Shown: in pieces, positions 1-11,162 of the stretch
How positions within the stretch are numbered: the first letter of the stretch is position 1
Layout: each line of letters starts with the position of its first letter
Source: Candidatus Freyarchaeum deiterrae
GTDB taxonomy: Archaea > Asgardarchaeota > Jordiarchaeia > Jordiarchaeales > Jordiarchaeaceae
NCBI GenBank assembly: GCA_037305845.1
Contig: CP147778.1
Span: forward strand, 2,016,001-2,080,000
Reading direction: 5' to 3'
Length of the DNA stretch: 64,000 nucleotides
Program-made: the position numbers and the translations under genes
The notes under the pieces: model-generated
What the model saw: only the letters and a program-made list of their open reading frames with translations
Told to the model about the DNA's origin: nothing
Database searches by the model: none

Positions 1-2
1 CT

Positions 3-1703
3 GAGTGGCCGGCTCAAACAAATTACCTATACACAACCTATGGTGGTGAAGAAGATGATATCACAATTGAGAATAAGAAGAGAAAGGTTATCGTTCTGGG
101 AGCCGGAACCTACAGAATCGGGAGCTCCGTGGAATTCGACTGGTGTTGCGTGAATACAACTTTAGCACTGAAGAATCATGACGTAGACGAAGCCATAATG
201 ATTAACTACAACCCCGAAACCGTTTCAACCGATTACGATATGAGCGACAAACTTTATTTTGAAGAATTAAGCTTTGAACGCGTGATGGATATATACGAAA
301 AAGAAAATCCGCTTGGAATCATCGTTTCCGTGGGAGGGCAAATACCGAACAATATAGCTATGAAACTAGCAAACGCCGGTGCAAAAATTCTAGGCACGAG
401 AGCAGAGGACATTGATAGAGCTGAGGATAGAGCCAAGTTTAGCGCTCTTCTAGACTCGCTTGGTATCCCTCAACCATCCTGGCAAAAACTTACTTCAATT
501 GAGGAAGCAAAAAGCTTCGCTGATGAGGTGGGATACCCGGTTCTAGTCAGACCGAGCTACGTTCTCTCAGGAGCCGCTATGAGAGTGGCTTACAATGTTG
601 AACATTTAGAAGATTTCCTAGTTATGGCAACAAGGGTTTCAAAAGAGCATCCAGTTGTTATTTCAAAATTTATCGAAGAAGCCAGGGAGGTAGAAGTAGA
701 CGGTATATGCGATGGAGAAGATGTGCTAATCGGAGCGGTCATTGAGCATGTGGAGGACGCTGGTGTTCACTCCGGTGATGCCACAATGAGTATACCTCCT
801 CACAGCTTACCAGAGAGTATGATACACAAGATAGAAGAGTACAGCAAGAAAATCGCGAGAGCTCTGAACATAAGAGGCCCCTTTAACATTCAATATCTGG
901 TTAAGGCGGGGGAAGCTTACGTTATTGAGTGCAATTTGAGAGCCTCAAGATCCATGCCCTTTGTAAGTAAAACCAAGGGTATTAACCTTATGGAAAAGGC
1001 AGCGGCAGTTATGTTGGGAAAGAAACTCAAGGATATAAATGCCCTAAACGCTCCAGAAATACATCACATAGGAATTAAGGTTCCTCAATTCTCATTTATG
1101 AGACTCGATGGGGCTGATCCCGTGCTGGGAGTTGAAATGGTGAGCACTGGCGAGGTGGCTTGTTTGGGTGAAAGCTTTCCTGACGCTTTCCTGAAGGCGT
1201 TACTAGCCGCGGAATTCGAAATTCCCTTGAATGGAGGAAATGTGCTGATTAGCGTAGGCGGGAAAGAACTCAAAAAGGATTTGCTGCCTATAGCTAGGAG
1301 ATTTTTAAGTATGGGTTACAAGATATTCGCAACAGAGCATACCGCCGAATCATTCCGAAGAGAAGGCCTAGAAAGTGTTGAAACGGTTTACAAGATGAGA
1401 GAGTCTCAGAGAAAACCAAACATCCGAGACCTTCTCATTAATCGAGAAATTGATCTAGTAGTAAACATTGTCAGCTCCGGGACTCTCGAAAAATACGCCG
1501 AGATGAAGTCCGACGAGTACATCATAAGAAGAAAAGCCATAGAATACAATATTCCAGTAGTAACAAATCTAAAGATGGCTAAAGCCCTTGTTAAAGCACT
1601 AAGTGCTATGAAAAATAAAACACTAACTGTAAAATCTCTAAACGAATACTTGGAGAGAATCGAAAAACCTCAATTTAGTCCAACTGAAAAACTGTTAACA
1701 TAA
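3..1703 (+). CDS. carB: Carbamoyl-phosphate synthase large subunit, C-terminal half (5'-truncated by window edge)
   Basis: Frame is open from nt 3 (EWPAQTNYLYTTYGG...VIVLGAGTYRIGSSVEFDW); NYNPETVSTDYD, RPSYVLSG, GVHSGD and RASRS motifs; C-terminal MGS domain. Confidence 0.97.
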   Translation, partial: EWPAQTNYLYTTYGGEEDDITIENKKRKVIVLGAGTYRIGSSVEFDWCCVNTTLALKNHDVDEAIMINYNPETVSTDYDMSDKLYFEELSFERVMDIYEKENPLGIIVSVGGQIPNNIAMKLANAGAKILGTRAEDIDRAEDRAKFSALLDSLGIPQPSWQKLTSIEEAKSFADEVGYPVLVRPSYVLSGAAMRVAYNVEHLEDFLVMATRVSKEHPVVISKFIEEAREVEVDGICDGEDVLIGAVIEHVEDAGVHSGDATMSIPPHSLPESMIHKIEEYSKKIARALNIRGPFNIQYLVKAGEAYVIECNLRASRSMPFVSKTKGINLMEKAAAVMLGKKLKDINALNAPEIHHIGIKVPQFSFMRLDGADPVLGVEMVSTGEVACLGESFPDAFLKALLAAEFEIPLNGGNVLISVGGKELKKDLLPIARRFLSMGYKIFATEHTAESFRREGLESVETVYKMRESQRKPNIRDLLINREIDLVVNIVSSGTLEKYAEMKSDEYIIRRKAIEYNIPVVTNLKMAKALVKALSAMKNKTLTVKSLNEYLERIEKPQFSPTEKLLT

Positions 1704-1847
1704 ATAGCAGCTTTTCCTCTCGTAAGAATTTTTTATAGTTTAAGTTTGTTTAATAATAAAATATCCAACTCTTATTCACCATCGCCTTTCCGGGCTTGGC
1801 TGTTCATCCTCTTGTCATTAATGATTCCTATCTGAGGTGTTAACGTA

Positions 1848-3233
1848 TTGGAAGAGTCTCTTGTAAAAGTATTGTCTAATATAGTGGGAGAAGAGAACGT
1901 TAAAACGGATATTACTGACAGGTATTGTTACTCTATGGATGCCTCTATTTACCGAGAAATTCCAGACGTGGTTGTGTTTCCACAAACAACTGATCAAATT
2001 TCTGAGATAATGAAGTTCGCTAACGTCAATGAGACCCCTGTAACCCCTAGAGGGGCGGGGACTGGTCTATGTGGGGGCGCTGTGCCTATTGAGGGGGGAA
2101 TAGTAATAGATCTCACAAAAATGAACAAAATCATGGAGATTGATTTGGGTAACTTCTGCGTTAAGGTAGAGCCAGGAGTAGTTCAGAATCAGCTTAACCA
2201 AGTACTGGAAGGACATGGTTTCTTTTTTCCGCCCACCCCGGGCAGCAAAAAAATGTGTACAATCGGTGGTATGATTTCCACCAATGCGGGGGGAATGACT
2301 GCAATAAAATATGGTGTTACCCGGAATTTTGTTCTTGGTCTTCAAGTTGTCTTAGCTTCGGGTGAAGTGCTTAATCTGGGCGGAAAAACTCTAAAGAGAA
2401 GTTTAGGACTGGACTTGATACAACTGTTTGTGGGAACCGAGGGTACACTTGGCATAATTACAGAAGCTCTGCTTAGAATCATGCCGCTCCCGGAAGAAAC
2501 CGCTGTGATAGTAGCTCCATTTGAGAATATTAACGACGCTGCTAAAACAGTTAACTCTATACTCAGTCGAACAATACCCACAGCGATAGAAATAATGGAT
2601 AGCGGCAGTATCAAAGCGGTAAACGCTTACCTACCCGAACTAAATCTACCAGAAGTCGACGCTATACTATACTTTGAAGTTGGAGGAACACAAGAAGAAG
2701 TCAGAAAACAAACCGAACTCATAGTTGAAACATGTAAAAATCACAAATCCAGAAACATCCAATGGACAAGCGATCCTTCAAAGAGGCAAATACTATGGCA
2801 GGGTAGGGAGGCAGCTGGTGGAGCGATTATGACTCTAGACAAAAAACTGGTACGAGTCTTCGAGGCGGAAGATGTATGCGTGCCCATTTCCCAAATACCC
2901 GAAATGGTGAAACACTTTCAAGAAATATCGAAAAAATACGGAATCCTAGTTTGTCTCTATGGACATGCAGGAGACGGCAACATTCACTCAGGGATACTAA
3001 TAGATGTAAAAAACCAAGAAGAATGGCAAAAACTCAAAAATCTAACACGTGAAGTTTATGAAACCGCTATGTCTCTAGGCGGAAACATAAGCGCTGAACA
3101 CGGAATAGGGATACTAAGAGCCGATTGGATGGAAAAGATACAAGGGGCAGGATTAGACTACATTAAAAAGATAAAGAGAATATTTGATCCCAAAGGCATT
3201 CTAAACCCAGGAAAATTGGGGCTGCAAAAATAG
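1848..3233 (+). CDS. FAD-linked oxidase, GlcD/D-lactate dehydrogenase family
   Basis: PRGAGTGLCGG FAD loop, GTEGTLG, GHAGDGNIH, EHGIG and NPGK motifs. Confidence 0.92.
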   Translation: MEESLVKVLSNIVGEENVKTDITDRYCYSMDASIYREIPDVVVFPQTTDQISEIMKFANVNETPVTPRGAGTGLCGGAVPIEGGIVIDLTKMNKIMEIDLGNFCVKVEPGVVQNQLNQVLEGHGFFFPPTPGSKKMCTIGGMISTNAGGMTAIKYGVTRNFVLGLQVVLASGEVLNLGGKTLKRSLGLDLIQLFVGTEGTLGIITEALLRIMPLPEETAVIVAPFENINDAAKTVNSILSRTIPTAIEIMDSGSIKAVNAYLPELNLPEVDAILYFEVGGTQEEVRKQTELIVETCKNHKSRNIQWTSDPSKRQILWQGREAAGGAIMTLDKKLVRVFEAEDVCVPISQIPEMVKHFQEISKKYGILVCLYGHAGDGNIHSGILIDVKNQEEWQKLKNLTREVYETAMSLGGNISAEHGIGILRADWMEKIQGAGLDYIKKIKRIFDPKGILNPGKLGLQK

Positions 3234-3257
3234 AATGCTAAACTCGAATAAAGCATT

Positions 3258-3695
3258 CTAAGCTAATTTCCAAGATTTGGTCTTTTCTCTTTTGACAACC
3301 TTTTTTCCTTCCAACTGTATGAGTAGAGAAAGTACCTCATTCTGATTTAGTTTTCCCTTCAGCATCCTCGTAATAGCCCTTGGTCTTCTGGGCTCGTATC
3401 CTATAATATTCACAATCCGGTTTTCAATTTCAGAAAGATCCTTTCTAACTATAGGTTCTCTTTTTACCCGCTTTTTCTTCTCCTTTTTCTTTTCCTTAAC
3501 CGGTTCTTTCTTTTCTTCTTTGATTTCTTCTTTTTTCTCTTCTTTGATTTCTTCTTTTTTCTCTTCCTTCTTTTCTTCTTTCTTTTTGTCCTTCTTTTCT
3601 TCTACTGCCTCTTTTTCCATTTCTTCAACGATTTGATCTATTTCTTTCTCTTCGATTTCCTCTGGCTCTTCTTTGGCTTTTGCTCGCTTTGACAT
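3258..3695 (-). CDS. Lys/Glu-rich protein with C-terminal winged-helix (DprA-WH/Z-alpha-like) domain
   Basis: EEKKEEIK repeats followed by ~60-aa LSEIENRIVNIIGYEP...EVLSLLIQLEGKKVVKREKTKSWKL; GGAGG upstream. Confidence 0.7.
   Translation of the reverse strand: MSKRAKAKEEPEEIEEKEIDQIVEEMEKEAVEEKKDKKKEEKKEEKKEEIKEEKKEEIKEEKKEPVKEKKKEKKKRVKREPIVRKDLSEIENRIVNIIGYEPRRPRAITRMLKGKLNQNEVLSLLIQLEGKKVVKREKTKSWKLA
3514..3566. repeat. 24-nt in-frame tandem repeat (2+ copies) encoding EEKKEEIK-type units
   Basis: tcttctttgatttcttcttttttc at 3514-3537 and 3538-3561, plus a partial third copy. Confidence 0.9.
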
Positions 3696-4053
3696 ATCTT
3701 TTTCCTCCGATGATTCTTAGAAAGACTTTCGTTTGGTTATTCTTAAATTTCTCGATAAACTTTTTTGTTTTTGAAATCAATAGAATTTAAACTTTTAAAC
3801 CTTTACCATCTCTAACCTCAAAAAGCTTGGAAAAGGTTTTTAGAAAGCATTTACATATATGTTTATGCTCTTGTTTCTTAATATTGGTGGTTCAAAATCC
3901 TTGAATTGATACTTCCCTTAATAATTCGCAAATAAACTGTTGTTGATTTATCTGAGCTATTGCAAATGCGTTAATGTAATTACGATACTGGTTAACCTTT
4001 ATCTATTTAATACATCCTCCTCTTCTAATATTTGCTGGTTGAGCTGATGAAAT

Positions 4054-6795
4054 TTGGAAGATGAACAAGTATTCCACACAATGGACGTGGAAAGTGTTGA
4101 GACTGCTTTAAAAACTGGGCGGTCTGGCATCGAGACAGAAGAGGCGAAAATTCGGTTAGAAAAATTTGGCCCAAATATTTTACAGAAAAAAAGGGGTCCC
4201 TCCGCTTTAAGAATTTTCGCGGATCAGTTTAAGAACTATTTAATTCTAGTTCTTGTTGCTGCCGCTGTTATAGCCATCTTCCTTGAAGACATTACTGATA
4301 CTCTTGTAATCACAGCGGTAATAATTTTAAATGCCATATTAGGCTTTTACCAAGAGTATAGAGCTGAAAAATCTATAGAAGCTCTTAAAAGATTAACAGC
4401 CCCCAAAGCGATTGTGATACGTGAGGGGCAGGAGGAGGAGATACCGGCGAGGGAGTTGGTTCCTGGAGATTTGGTACTGATGGAGACAGGGGATAAGGTA
4501 CCTGCAGATATTCGTCTTTCTGAAACTACCAGTTTAGAAATAGATGAATCCCTATTAACCGGGGAATCAACCCCCGTTAAGAAAATGACGGAGCGTTTAG
4601 AAGCTAAAACTCTACCCATTCCTGATAGAACCAATACAGCCTATATGGGCACCTCCATAACCCGAGGAAGAGGAAATGGATATGTTGTGTCCACTGGTAT
4701 GAAAACTGAAATTGGTAGAATCGCGGAGTTGATTCAAACCGTTGAGAGAGAGGAAACCCCTCTGCAGGTAAAACTAGATATTTTGGCTAAAAAGTTGACT
4801 TATGCTATTATCATCATTTGTTTAGTTGTATTCTTTACCGGTATTCTTAGAGAAGGTAACATTTTTGATATGTTCTTGAATGCCGTTGGTTTAGCTGTGG
4901 CGGCGATACCCGAGAGCCTACCCGCAGTAGTTACTATTACTCTTGCACTCGGGGTTCAGAGAATGGCTAAAAGGAACGCTATTGTAAGAAAACTGTCAGC
5001 GGTGGAGACTCTGGGGAGCGCCACTGTTATCTGTTCCGACAAGACTGGAACGTTTACTAGAAACGAAATGACTGTCCGAAAAATATACACAAACAACAAC
5101 ATGTTCGACGTAACAAATGTTGGGTATGAACCTAAAGGTGAATTCTATAATAAAGATTCAAAGATTAATCCTAATGAAATTCCCAGTCTCGGACTGTTAC
5201 TGAAAATTGGCACACTTTGCAACAATGCAAAATTAGAGGAAAATACAAATTGGCGCATAATTGGTGATCCCACTGAAGGTGCTCTTATTGTCGCCGCAGA
5301 GAAGGCGGGAATAAAACATAAAGCACTTAATAAGCAATATCCGCGTATTGGAGAAATACCTTTTGAATCTGAAAGAAAGGCTATGTCCACCGTGCACAAA
5401 ACTCCTGAAGGAACAGAGGTTGCATATGTTAAAGGGGCAGCGGAGATAATACTAAGTTGGAGTAGCAGTATATACTCTGATGGACAGATTAAAAAATTAA
5501 CCAGCAAAGAGAAGAAAGAACTCCTAAAAATTAACCAAGAAATGGCGAGTAACGCTTTACGAGTTTTAGCCGTGGCTTACAAAGAATTACCTGATGAGTG
5601 CTCAGAATGTACATCAGAAAATGTAGAGAATGACCTAATTTTTGTGGGCTTTGCGGGTATGCTTGACCCACCTAGAGAAGAAGCCATATCCGCTGTTCAA
5701 AAGTGCAAAAACGCAGGCATAAAAGTAGTTATGATTACAGGAGACAATGAATTCACCGCCAAGGCTGTAGCAAAGGAATTAGGCCTTCTTAATGGAGAAG
5801 GAAAGACACTAACCGGAGCCGAACTGGAAAACATGAGTGACGCTCAGCTCGATAAGATAGTTCAGAAAGTTACTGTCTATGCACGCGTCTCTCCTGAACA
5901 CAAGCTTAGAATAGTTAACTCGCTAAAAAAGAATAATCATATAGTGGCCATGACCGGCGATGGAGTCAACGACGCGCCAGCCCTCAAGACGGCGGACATC
6001 GGTGTCTCAATGGGAATTACTGGGACTGATGTTGCTAAAGAGGCGTCAGAAATAATTCTTGCCGACGACAACTTCGCGTCCAGTGTCGCTGCAGTAGAAG
6101 AAGGACGCGTAATTTATACTAACATAAAAAAGACAATATTCTACCTCCTCTCTACAAATATTGGCGAAATACTAACTGTATTTTTAGGGTTGATTATCGG
6201 TCTACCAATACCCGTGGTTGCGGTTCAAATTTTGTGGATTAACCTTGTAACTGATGGTTTACCTGCGTTGTCACTTTCGGTGGATCCCCCAGAAGCGGAT
6301 ATTATGCTTCGCCATCCGCGGAATCCTAAAGAAAATATAATAACAAGAGGAATGCTCTATAATATGATTATTGTAGCAATTTTTATGTGCGTATCCACTC
6401 TACTTTTGTACGGCTCTGTTTTAGGGGTGTTTTCTACTTTTGGGATTTCCTATGCTAACTTGGATACTGCAAGAACAATCGCTTTCACAAATCTGGTTTT
6501 TATTCAACTTTTCAACGCGTTTAACGTTCGTTCCAGAAGAGAATCTGCGTTTAAAATCGGATTCTTCTCAAACAAGGCTCTAGTATTAGCCATCGCGATT
6601 TCCGTAGTTCTACAATTATTGGTATTATACTTTCCTCCCCTTCAAGATTTATTTCACACAGTTACATTATCCATTTTTCAATTGGTTATAATAACTCTAG
6701 TTTCCAGTACCTCCCTAATAGGTGCGGAAATCTTGAAGTTTTTTGTGCGGCGAGCTGGCCGCCGCCACCGAAAAGTAAAGAAAACAAAAAGATAA
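4054..6795 (+). CDS. P-type cation (Ca2+)-transporting ATPase, P2A/PMR1-like
   Basis: TGES, IPESLP, CSDKTGT, KGA, TGDGVND, WINLVTDGLP; ~10 TM segments. Confidence 0.96.
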   Translation: MEDEQVFHTMDVESVETALKTGRSGIETEEAKIRLEKFGPNILQKKRGPSALRIFADQFKNYLILVLVAAAVIAIFLEDITDTLVITAVIILNAILGFYQEYRAEKSIEALKRLTAPKAIVIREGQEEEIPARELVPGDLVLMETGDKVPADIRLSETTSLEIDESLLTGESTPVKKMTERLEAKTLPIPDRTNTAYMGTSITRGRGNGYVVSTGMKTEIGRIAELIQTVEREETPLQVKLDILAKKLTYAIIIICLVVFFTGILREGNIFDMFLNAVGLAVAAIPESLPAVVTITLALGVQRMAKRNAIVRKLSAVETLGSATVICSDKTGTFTRNEMTVRKIYTNNNMFDVTNVGYEPKGEFYNKDSKINPNEIPSLGLLLKIGTLCNNAKLEENTNWRIIGDPTEGALIVAAEKAGIKHKALNKQYPRIGEIPFESERKAMSTVHKTPEGTEVAYVKGAAEIILSWSSSIYSDGQIKKLTSKEKKELLKINQEMASNALRVLAVAYKELPDECSECTSENVENDLIFVGFAGMLDPPREEAISAVQKCKNAGIKVVMITGDNEFTAKAVAKELGLLNGEGKTLTGAELENMSDAQLDKIVQKVTVYARVSPEHKLRIVNSLKKNNHIVAMTGDGVNDAPALKTADIGVSMGITGTDVAKEASEIILADDNFASSVAAVEEGRVIYTNIKKTIFYLLSTNIGEILTVFLGLIIGLPIPVVAVQILWINLVTDGLPALSLSVDPPEADIMLRHPRNPKENIITRGMLYNMIIVAIFMCVSTLLLYGSVLGVFSTFGISYANLDTARTIAFTNLVFIQLFNAFNVRSRRESAFKIGFFSNKALVLAIAISVVLQLLVLYFPPLQDLFHTVTLSIFQLVIITLVSSTSLIGAEILKFFVRRAGRRHRKVKKTKR

Positions 6796-6945
6796 AAGGG
6801 CAATACTTGTTAAATTTACTGAGTGCTAAGTTTTAGCCTTTTTTTGTTTATACTCTTATTATTAAAAATTTCTTTTTGAAACGCAATTAATTTAAATCGC
6901 CCTAAAACATAATGGTTATAAATAAATTATATCGGAAGATAAAAA

Positions 6946-9048
6946 ATGGTGGGACTAGATTTCTTATTCAAACCCATTTCTGTTGCTGTGATTGGTGCTT
7001 CAAGACATGAAGGCAAGGTTGGTTACAACGTTCTCAAAAACATTATCTCAAGCAATTTCCAAGGAAAAATTTATCCAATCAACCCCTCAGCAGATAATAT
7101 TTTGGGTCGCAGAGCGTATAAGAGTATACTTAATGTCAATGATAGTATTGACCTTGCGGTAGTAACGGTACCCGCCGAGTTAGTCCCCCAAGTTGCTGAA
7201 GAATGTGGCCAGAAAAAAGTAAAAGGTATGGTCATCATCACAGCGGGATTTAAAGAATCCGGCCACAGAGGCTCGGAGTTGGAGAAGGATATCACTGAGA
7301 AGGCTAAAGAGTACCATTTTCGGGTATTAGGACCAAATTGTCTAGGCTTTATTGATACCTTCACCCCCATAAACGCCTCTTTTACATCCGAGTTTCCTTT
7401 GAGAGGAAATATTGGATTTGCTTCCCAGAGTGGCGCTATTCTGTCAGGAATCCTTGATTGGTCAATAGATGAAGGAGTTGGATTCAGTAAATTCATAAGT
7501 TTGGGAAATAAGAGCGATTTGGACGAAAGCGATACGATTGAAGAGCTGGCCAATGATTCTAATACAAAAGTAATACTGCTATATCTTGAGGGTGTTGAGG
7601 ACGGCTTGAGATTTATCGAAATCGCCAGAAAGGTCTCCCGTACCAAACCCATCGTGGTTCTAAAATCCGGGGTAAGCTCAGCTGGTGCGAGGGCGGCCTC
7701 ATCACATACTGGTGCACTCGCTGGCAGTGATAAAGCTTATTCAACAGCCTTTAAACAGATTGGGGTACTAAGAGCCCATAACATAGAAGAGCTTTTCGGT
7801 TATGGAATAACTTTTTCTTTACAAAATATTCCTAAAACTAGTTCAGTAGCAATAATCACCAATGCAGGAGGACCTAGTATCATTGCAACCGATAAGTGTG
7901 AAGAGGAAGGTCTACCACTGGCTGGATTTGAGGCGGAGACTATTGAAAAGCTTAGAGCCAATCTTCCGAAGGAATCCTCAATTTATAATCCTGTTGATCT
8001 TCTGGGTGACGCCCTTGAAGACCGCTACAAATTCGCTTTGAGTGCAGTCTTATCCGACTCCAATGTAGGCTGTGTTTTGGTTATATTGACTCCACAAGCA
8101 ATGACCAAACCTAAAGAAACTGCGGAGTCTATTATCGAGGCATCTAAAGAATACCAAAATAAGCCAATAGTAGCCTCCTTTATGGGTGGTGAAGGTGTTC
8201 GAGAAGCTTCGAAAAATTTGTTAAGCCACGGTATTCCCTGTTTCGGATTTCCAGAACCCGGTGTGAAATCTCTTGCTGGTTTAGTTAAGTTTGCATCTTT
8301 AGCAAAAGCTGAGTTGGACGGGGAAGTACCTAGGTTCGATGTGGATAAGGATAAAGTACGTGAGATTTTAACTAATGTTTATAATGATGATAGAGTGGTT
8401 TTACTTGGTCACGAGGCAGCTGCTGTGACTGCAGCTTATGGAATAGCGACCCCTAAAGTTGAACTTGCGAGAAGCTCCGAAGAGGCTGTAAAGATAGCTG
8501 AAAAAATAGGCTACCCAGTGGTTATGAAGGTTTCAAGCCCACAGATATTACACAAAACTGATATCGGTGGAGTCATAATGAACCTAGAAAACACAGAAGA
8601 GGTATCTAACGCCTATGACACAATCTCCTCAAATGTCTTTAGACACTTTCCACAAGCACAGATTTATGGAATTTCAGTACAGCAAATGGTTCCGCAAGGA
8701 AGAGAATTAATCATAGGAATGACCAGAGACCTGACCTGGGGACCCATGATTGCAGCAGGCCTCGGTGGGATTTACGTAAACCTTTTTGAGGATGTCTCTT
8801 TCAGAATATCCCCGTTCTCTAGGAAGCAGGCGCTCGGTATGCTCTCTGAAACTAAAGCTTATAGATTACTGAAAGGCGTCCGTGGCGAGAAACCTTCTGA
8901 TATTGATTCCATAGTAGATGCAATATTGCGTGTCTCTCAGCTCTCGCAAGATTTCAAAATAATAGACGAGTTGGATATAAACCCCCTCTTTGCTTACGAG
9001 GAGGGATGCTTGGCACTAGATGTTAAAATTACGCTCGAAAAGAAGTGA
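6946..9048 (+). CDS. acd: ADP-forming acetate/acyl-CoA ligase, fused alpha-beta
   Basis: AVIGAS CoA-binding motif, GPNCLG, SHTGALAG phospho-His, NPVDL, C-terminal ATP-grasp with HKTDIGGV. Confidence 0.93.
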   Translation: MVGLDFLFKPISVAVIGASRHEGKVGYNVLKNIISSNFQGKIYPINPSADNILGRRAYKSILNVNDSIDLAVVTVPAELVPQVAEECGQKKVKGMVIITAGFKESGHRGSELEKDITEKAKEYHFRVLGPNCLGFIDTFTPINASFTSEFPLRGNIGFASQSGAILSGILDWSIDEGVGFSKFISLGNKSDLDESDTIEELANDSNTKVILLYLEGVEDGLRFIEIARKVSRTKPIVVLKSGVSSAGARAASSHTGALAGSDKAYSTAFKQIGVLRAHNIEELFGYGITFSLQNIPKTSSVAIITNAGGPSIIATDKCEEEGLPLAGFEAETIEKLRANLPKESSIYNPVDLLGDALEDRYKFALSAVLSDSNVGCVLVILTPQAMTKPKETAESIIEASKEYQNKPIVASFMGGEGVREASKNLLSHGIPCFGFPEPGVKSLAGLVKFASLAKAELDGEVPRFDVDKDKVREILTNVYNDDRVVLLGHEAAAVTAAYGIATPKVELARSSEEAVKIAEKIGYPVVMKVSSPQILHKTDIGGVIMNLENTEEVSNAYDTISSNVFRHFPQAQIYGISVQQMVPQGRELIIGMTRDLTWGPMIAAGLGGIYVNLFEDVSFRISPFSRKQALGMLSETKAYRLLKGVRGEKPSDIDSIVDAILRVSQLSQDFKIIDELDINPLFAYEEGCLALDVKITLEKK

Positions 9049-9076
9049 AAAATAAAACCAAACAAAAAGAATAAGG

Positions 9077-10189
9077 TTGAAAAAAATGGATAGCCCCAAA
9101 AAATTAATGATTTCGGGTTTTCGCCATAGCGGCAAAACCGCCTTTAGTCTATCCTTGGCACTTTTACTACGAGATCAAGGGCTTAAAGTTGGCTATTTCA
9201 AACCACTAGGATGGCAAACTTTTGTAAAGGAACAGGTCTCATCAGGGAAACAACTCGGATACTTCATGGACGCGGATGCCCATTTAATGAAAGAAGTGCT
9301 CAAGCTCGAGCAACCAATGGAATATATTGTTCCAGTGTTAATCAATTTTAATTATCTAACTTCTATGGCTAAGGAAACCGATAAAGCCCTTGAAAAAAGA
9401 ATCGAAGAAGCCTACCGTAGGGTTTCAGAGGGAGTAGATATACTTCTCATTGAGGGAGGTCATATACCTCAACTTTTTTACAGCAGAAAACTATCAACTT
9501 ATCATCTGGCAAAAAAATTCGATGCCAAGTTTCTTATGGTGGGCAATGTTCGTAGTGATCTTCCAGTTGATGACTTGATTTTCAGGAAAGCCGTACTGGA
9601 CTTGTTAAACATAAATTGCATAGGTACGGTCATAAACAATGTTCCAAGAATTTCTTTGCAAAGAACAAAAGGCGTAATCAAACCGCTTCTTGAAAAAAAC
9701 AGCCTAAAAGTCTGGGGAGTGATTGAAGAAAATAGAGAAATCACCTCTCCCACAGTTGCTGACATACAAGATATAGTTGAAGGCGAAATACTTGAAACCC
9801 CTGAAAAATTAGACTTGGATAGTATCCTAGTGGAGGATTTTCTAATAGGTTCCATGACTTACGAAAGCGCCATCAAGTACTTTAGACGAAGTATAAACAA
9901 AGCGGTTATTATGGGTGGAGACAGAGATGACATAGCTCTGGCAGCGCTTGAAACAAGCGCCTCTGTATTAATCCTAACAGGTAATCTGTACCCAGACGTT
10001 AGAGTTCTATCAAAAGCCAGAGAAAAAAACATTCCAGTGATATTAGTACCTTACGACACCTACACCACAGTAAGCAAGCTTGAAGGACTAACTGGAAAAC
10101 TGAAACCCGGCAACACAGAACGAATTGAAAAACTAAAAAGGATAGTCGAATCAGAAGTTGATTGGAAAGGAATTCTCGAAGCTTTATAG
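9077..10189 (+). CDS. Phosphotransacetylase-like protein (BioD-like P-loop + DRTGG domain)
   Basis: SGKT, GYFKP, IEG, GGDRDD, LILTG motifs; commonly adjacent to acd in archaea. Confidence 0.88.
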   Translation: MKKMDSPKKLMISGFRHSGKTAFSLSLALLLRDQGLKVGYFKPLGWQTFVKEQVSSGKQLGYFMDADAHLMKEVLKLEQPMEYIVPVLINFNYLTSMAKETDKALEKRIEEAYRRVSEGVDILLIEGGHIPQLFYSRKLSTYHLAKKFDAKFLMVGNVRSDLPVDDLIFRKAVLDLLNINCIGTVINNVPRISLQRTKGVIKPLLEKNSLKVWGVIEENREITSPTVADIQDIVEGEILETPEKLDLDSILVEDFLIGSMTYESAIKYFRRSINKAVIMGGDRDDIALAALETSASVLILTGNLYPDVRVLSKAREKNIPVILVPYDTYTTVSKLEGLTGKLKPGNTERIEKLKRIVESEVDWKGILEAL

Positions 10190-10338
10190 GAATCATTTCA
10201 AAAAAGGAAAAATGCTTGAATCCTTTTCCAATAATTCAAAAATCCTGAAAAGCTATAAACAGGCGTCTTTACCATTCTCGTAATCAAAATTACTAATACT
10301 ATCTAAAATTCTATAAAATAATTAATTCATGAGGAGGA

Positions 10339-11064
10339 GTGTCCTTGAAGTATCTCCTTGAAGACATGACTTGGACTGAAATTGAGGAGGAATTGAAGAA
10401 GAAAAGTTTTGTGATAGTTCCTTTCGGCTCAGTTGAGGAACACGGTCCCCATCTTCCAATTTCGACGGACAATGATCTATGTTACGCTGTTGTAAAAAAA
10501 GGAGCAGAAGGTACTGATTTTCTGGTCGCGCCCATGGTAACTTATGGCTTGGAGCGTTCCACGAGAGGATTCGCTGGATCCATTTCTCTTCGATTTGAAA
10601 CCCTTAAGCAGTTGGTGAAAGATATTTTATTCGAATTGGCAAGTCAAGGATTCCAAAAAATTGTGCTCTTCAGTTTTCACGCGAGTTCAACACATCTCGT
10701 AGTATTAAAGGAAGCGGCCTTCGATTTTGCGCAAGAAAATAAAAAGGTGAAGGTGTACCTAGTTTCTAGCATGGACTTAGTGGGGTCAGATTTAGCAAAA
10801 ATTCTCGAAACACCTCCTCAGCATGCCTGTGAACTAGAAACGTCTCTCATGCTCTATCTAAAACCTGAAGCGGTTCAAATGAATAAGGCTGTTGAAGAAC
10901 ATCCTTCCGGCACCCCGTTTCTTGTGTATCCCTCCGGAAGAGAATGGATGAAAACGGGAGTTATGGGTGACCCCCGAAAATCCTCTGCAAAAAAGGGAGA
11001 AAAAATATTCAATTTAATGACCCAAAAGCTTAGAGAAATCCTCACTAATATTCTACACGGATGA
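10339..11064 (+). CDS. Creatininase/mycofactocin peptidase family amidohydrolase
   Basis: MTW, GSVEEHGPHLPISTD, HACELETS, GVMGDP. Confidence 0.9.
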   Translation: MSLKYLLEDMTWTEIEEELKKKSFVIVPFGSVEEHGPHLPISTDNDLCYAVVKKGAEGTDFLVAPMVTYGLERSTRGFAGSISLRFETLKQLVKDILFELASQGFQKIVLFSFHASSTHLVVLKEAAFDFAQENKKVKVYLVSSMDLVGSDLAKILETPPQHACELETSLMLYLKPEAVQMNKAVEEHPSGTPFLVYPSGREWMKTGVMGDPRKSSAKKGEKIFNLMTQKLREILTNILHG

Positions 11065-11162
11065 TGCTGGAAGGTATCACTTTTAACCTCCTCTATTCGC
11101 TGAATCACTTAAAAAAACAAGTGACAGAAAACTAGATATTGACTTTAATTATAGGTGATAGT

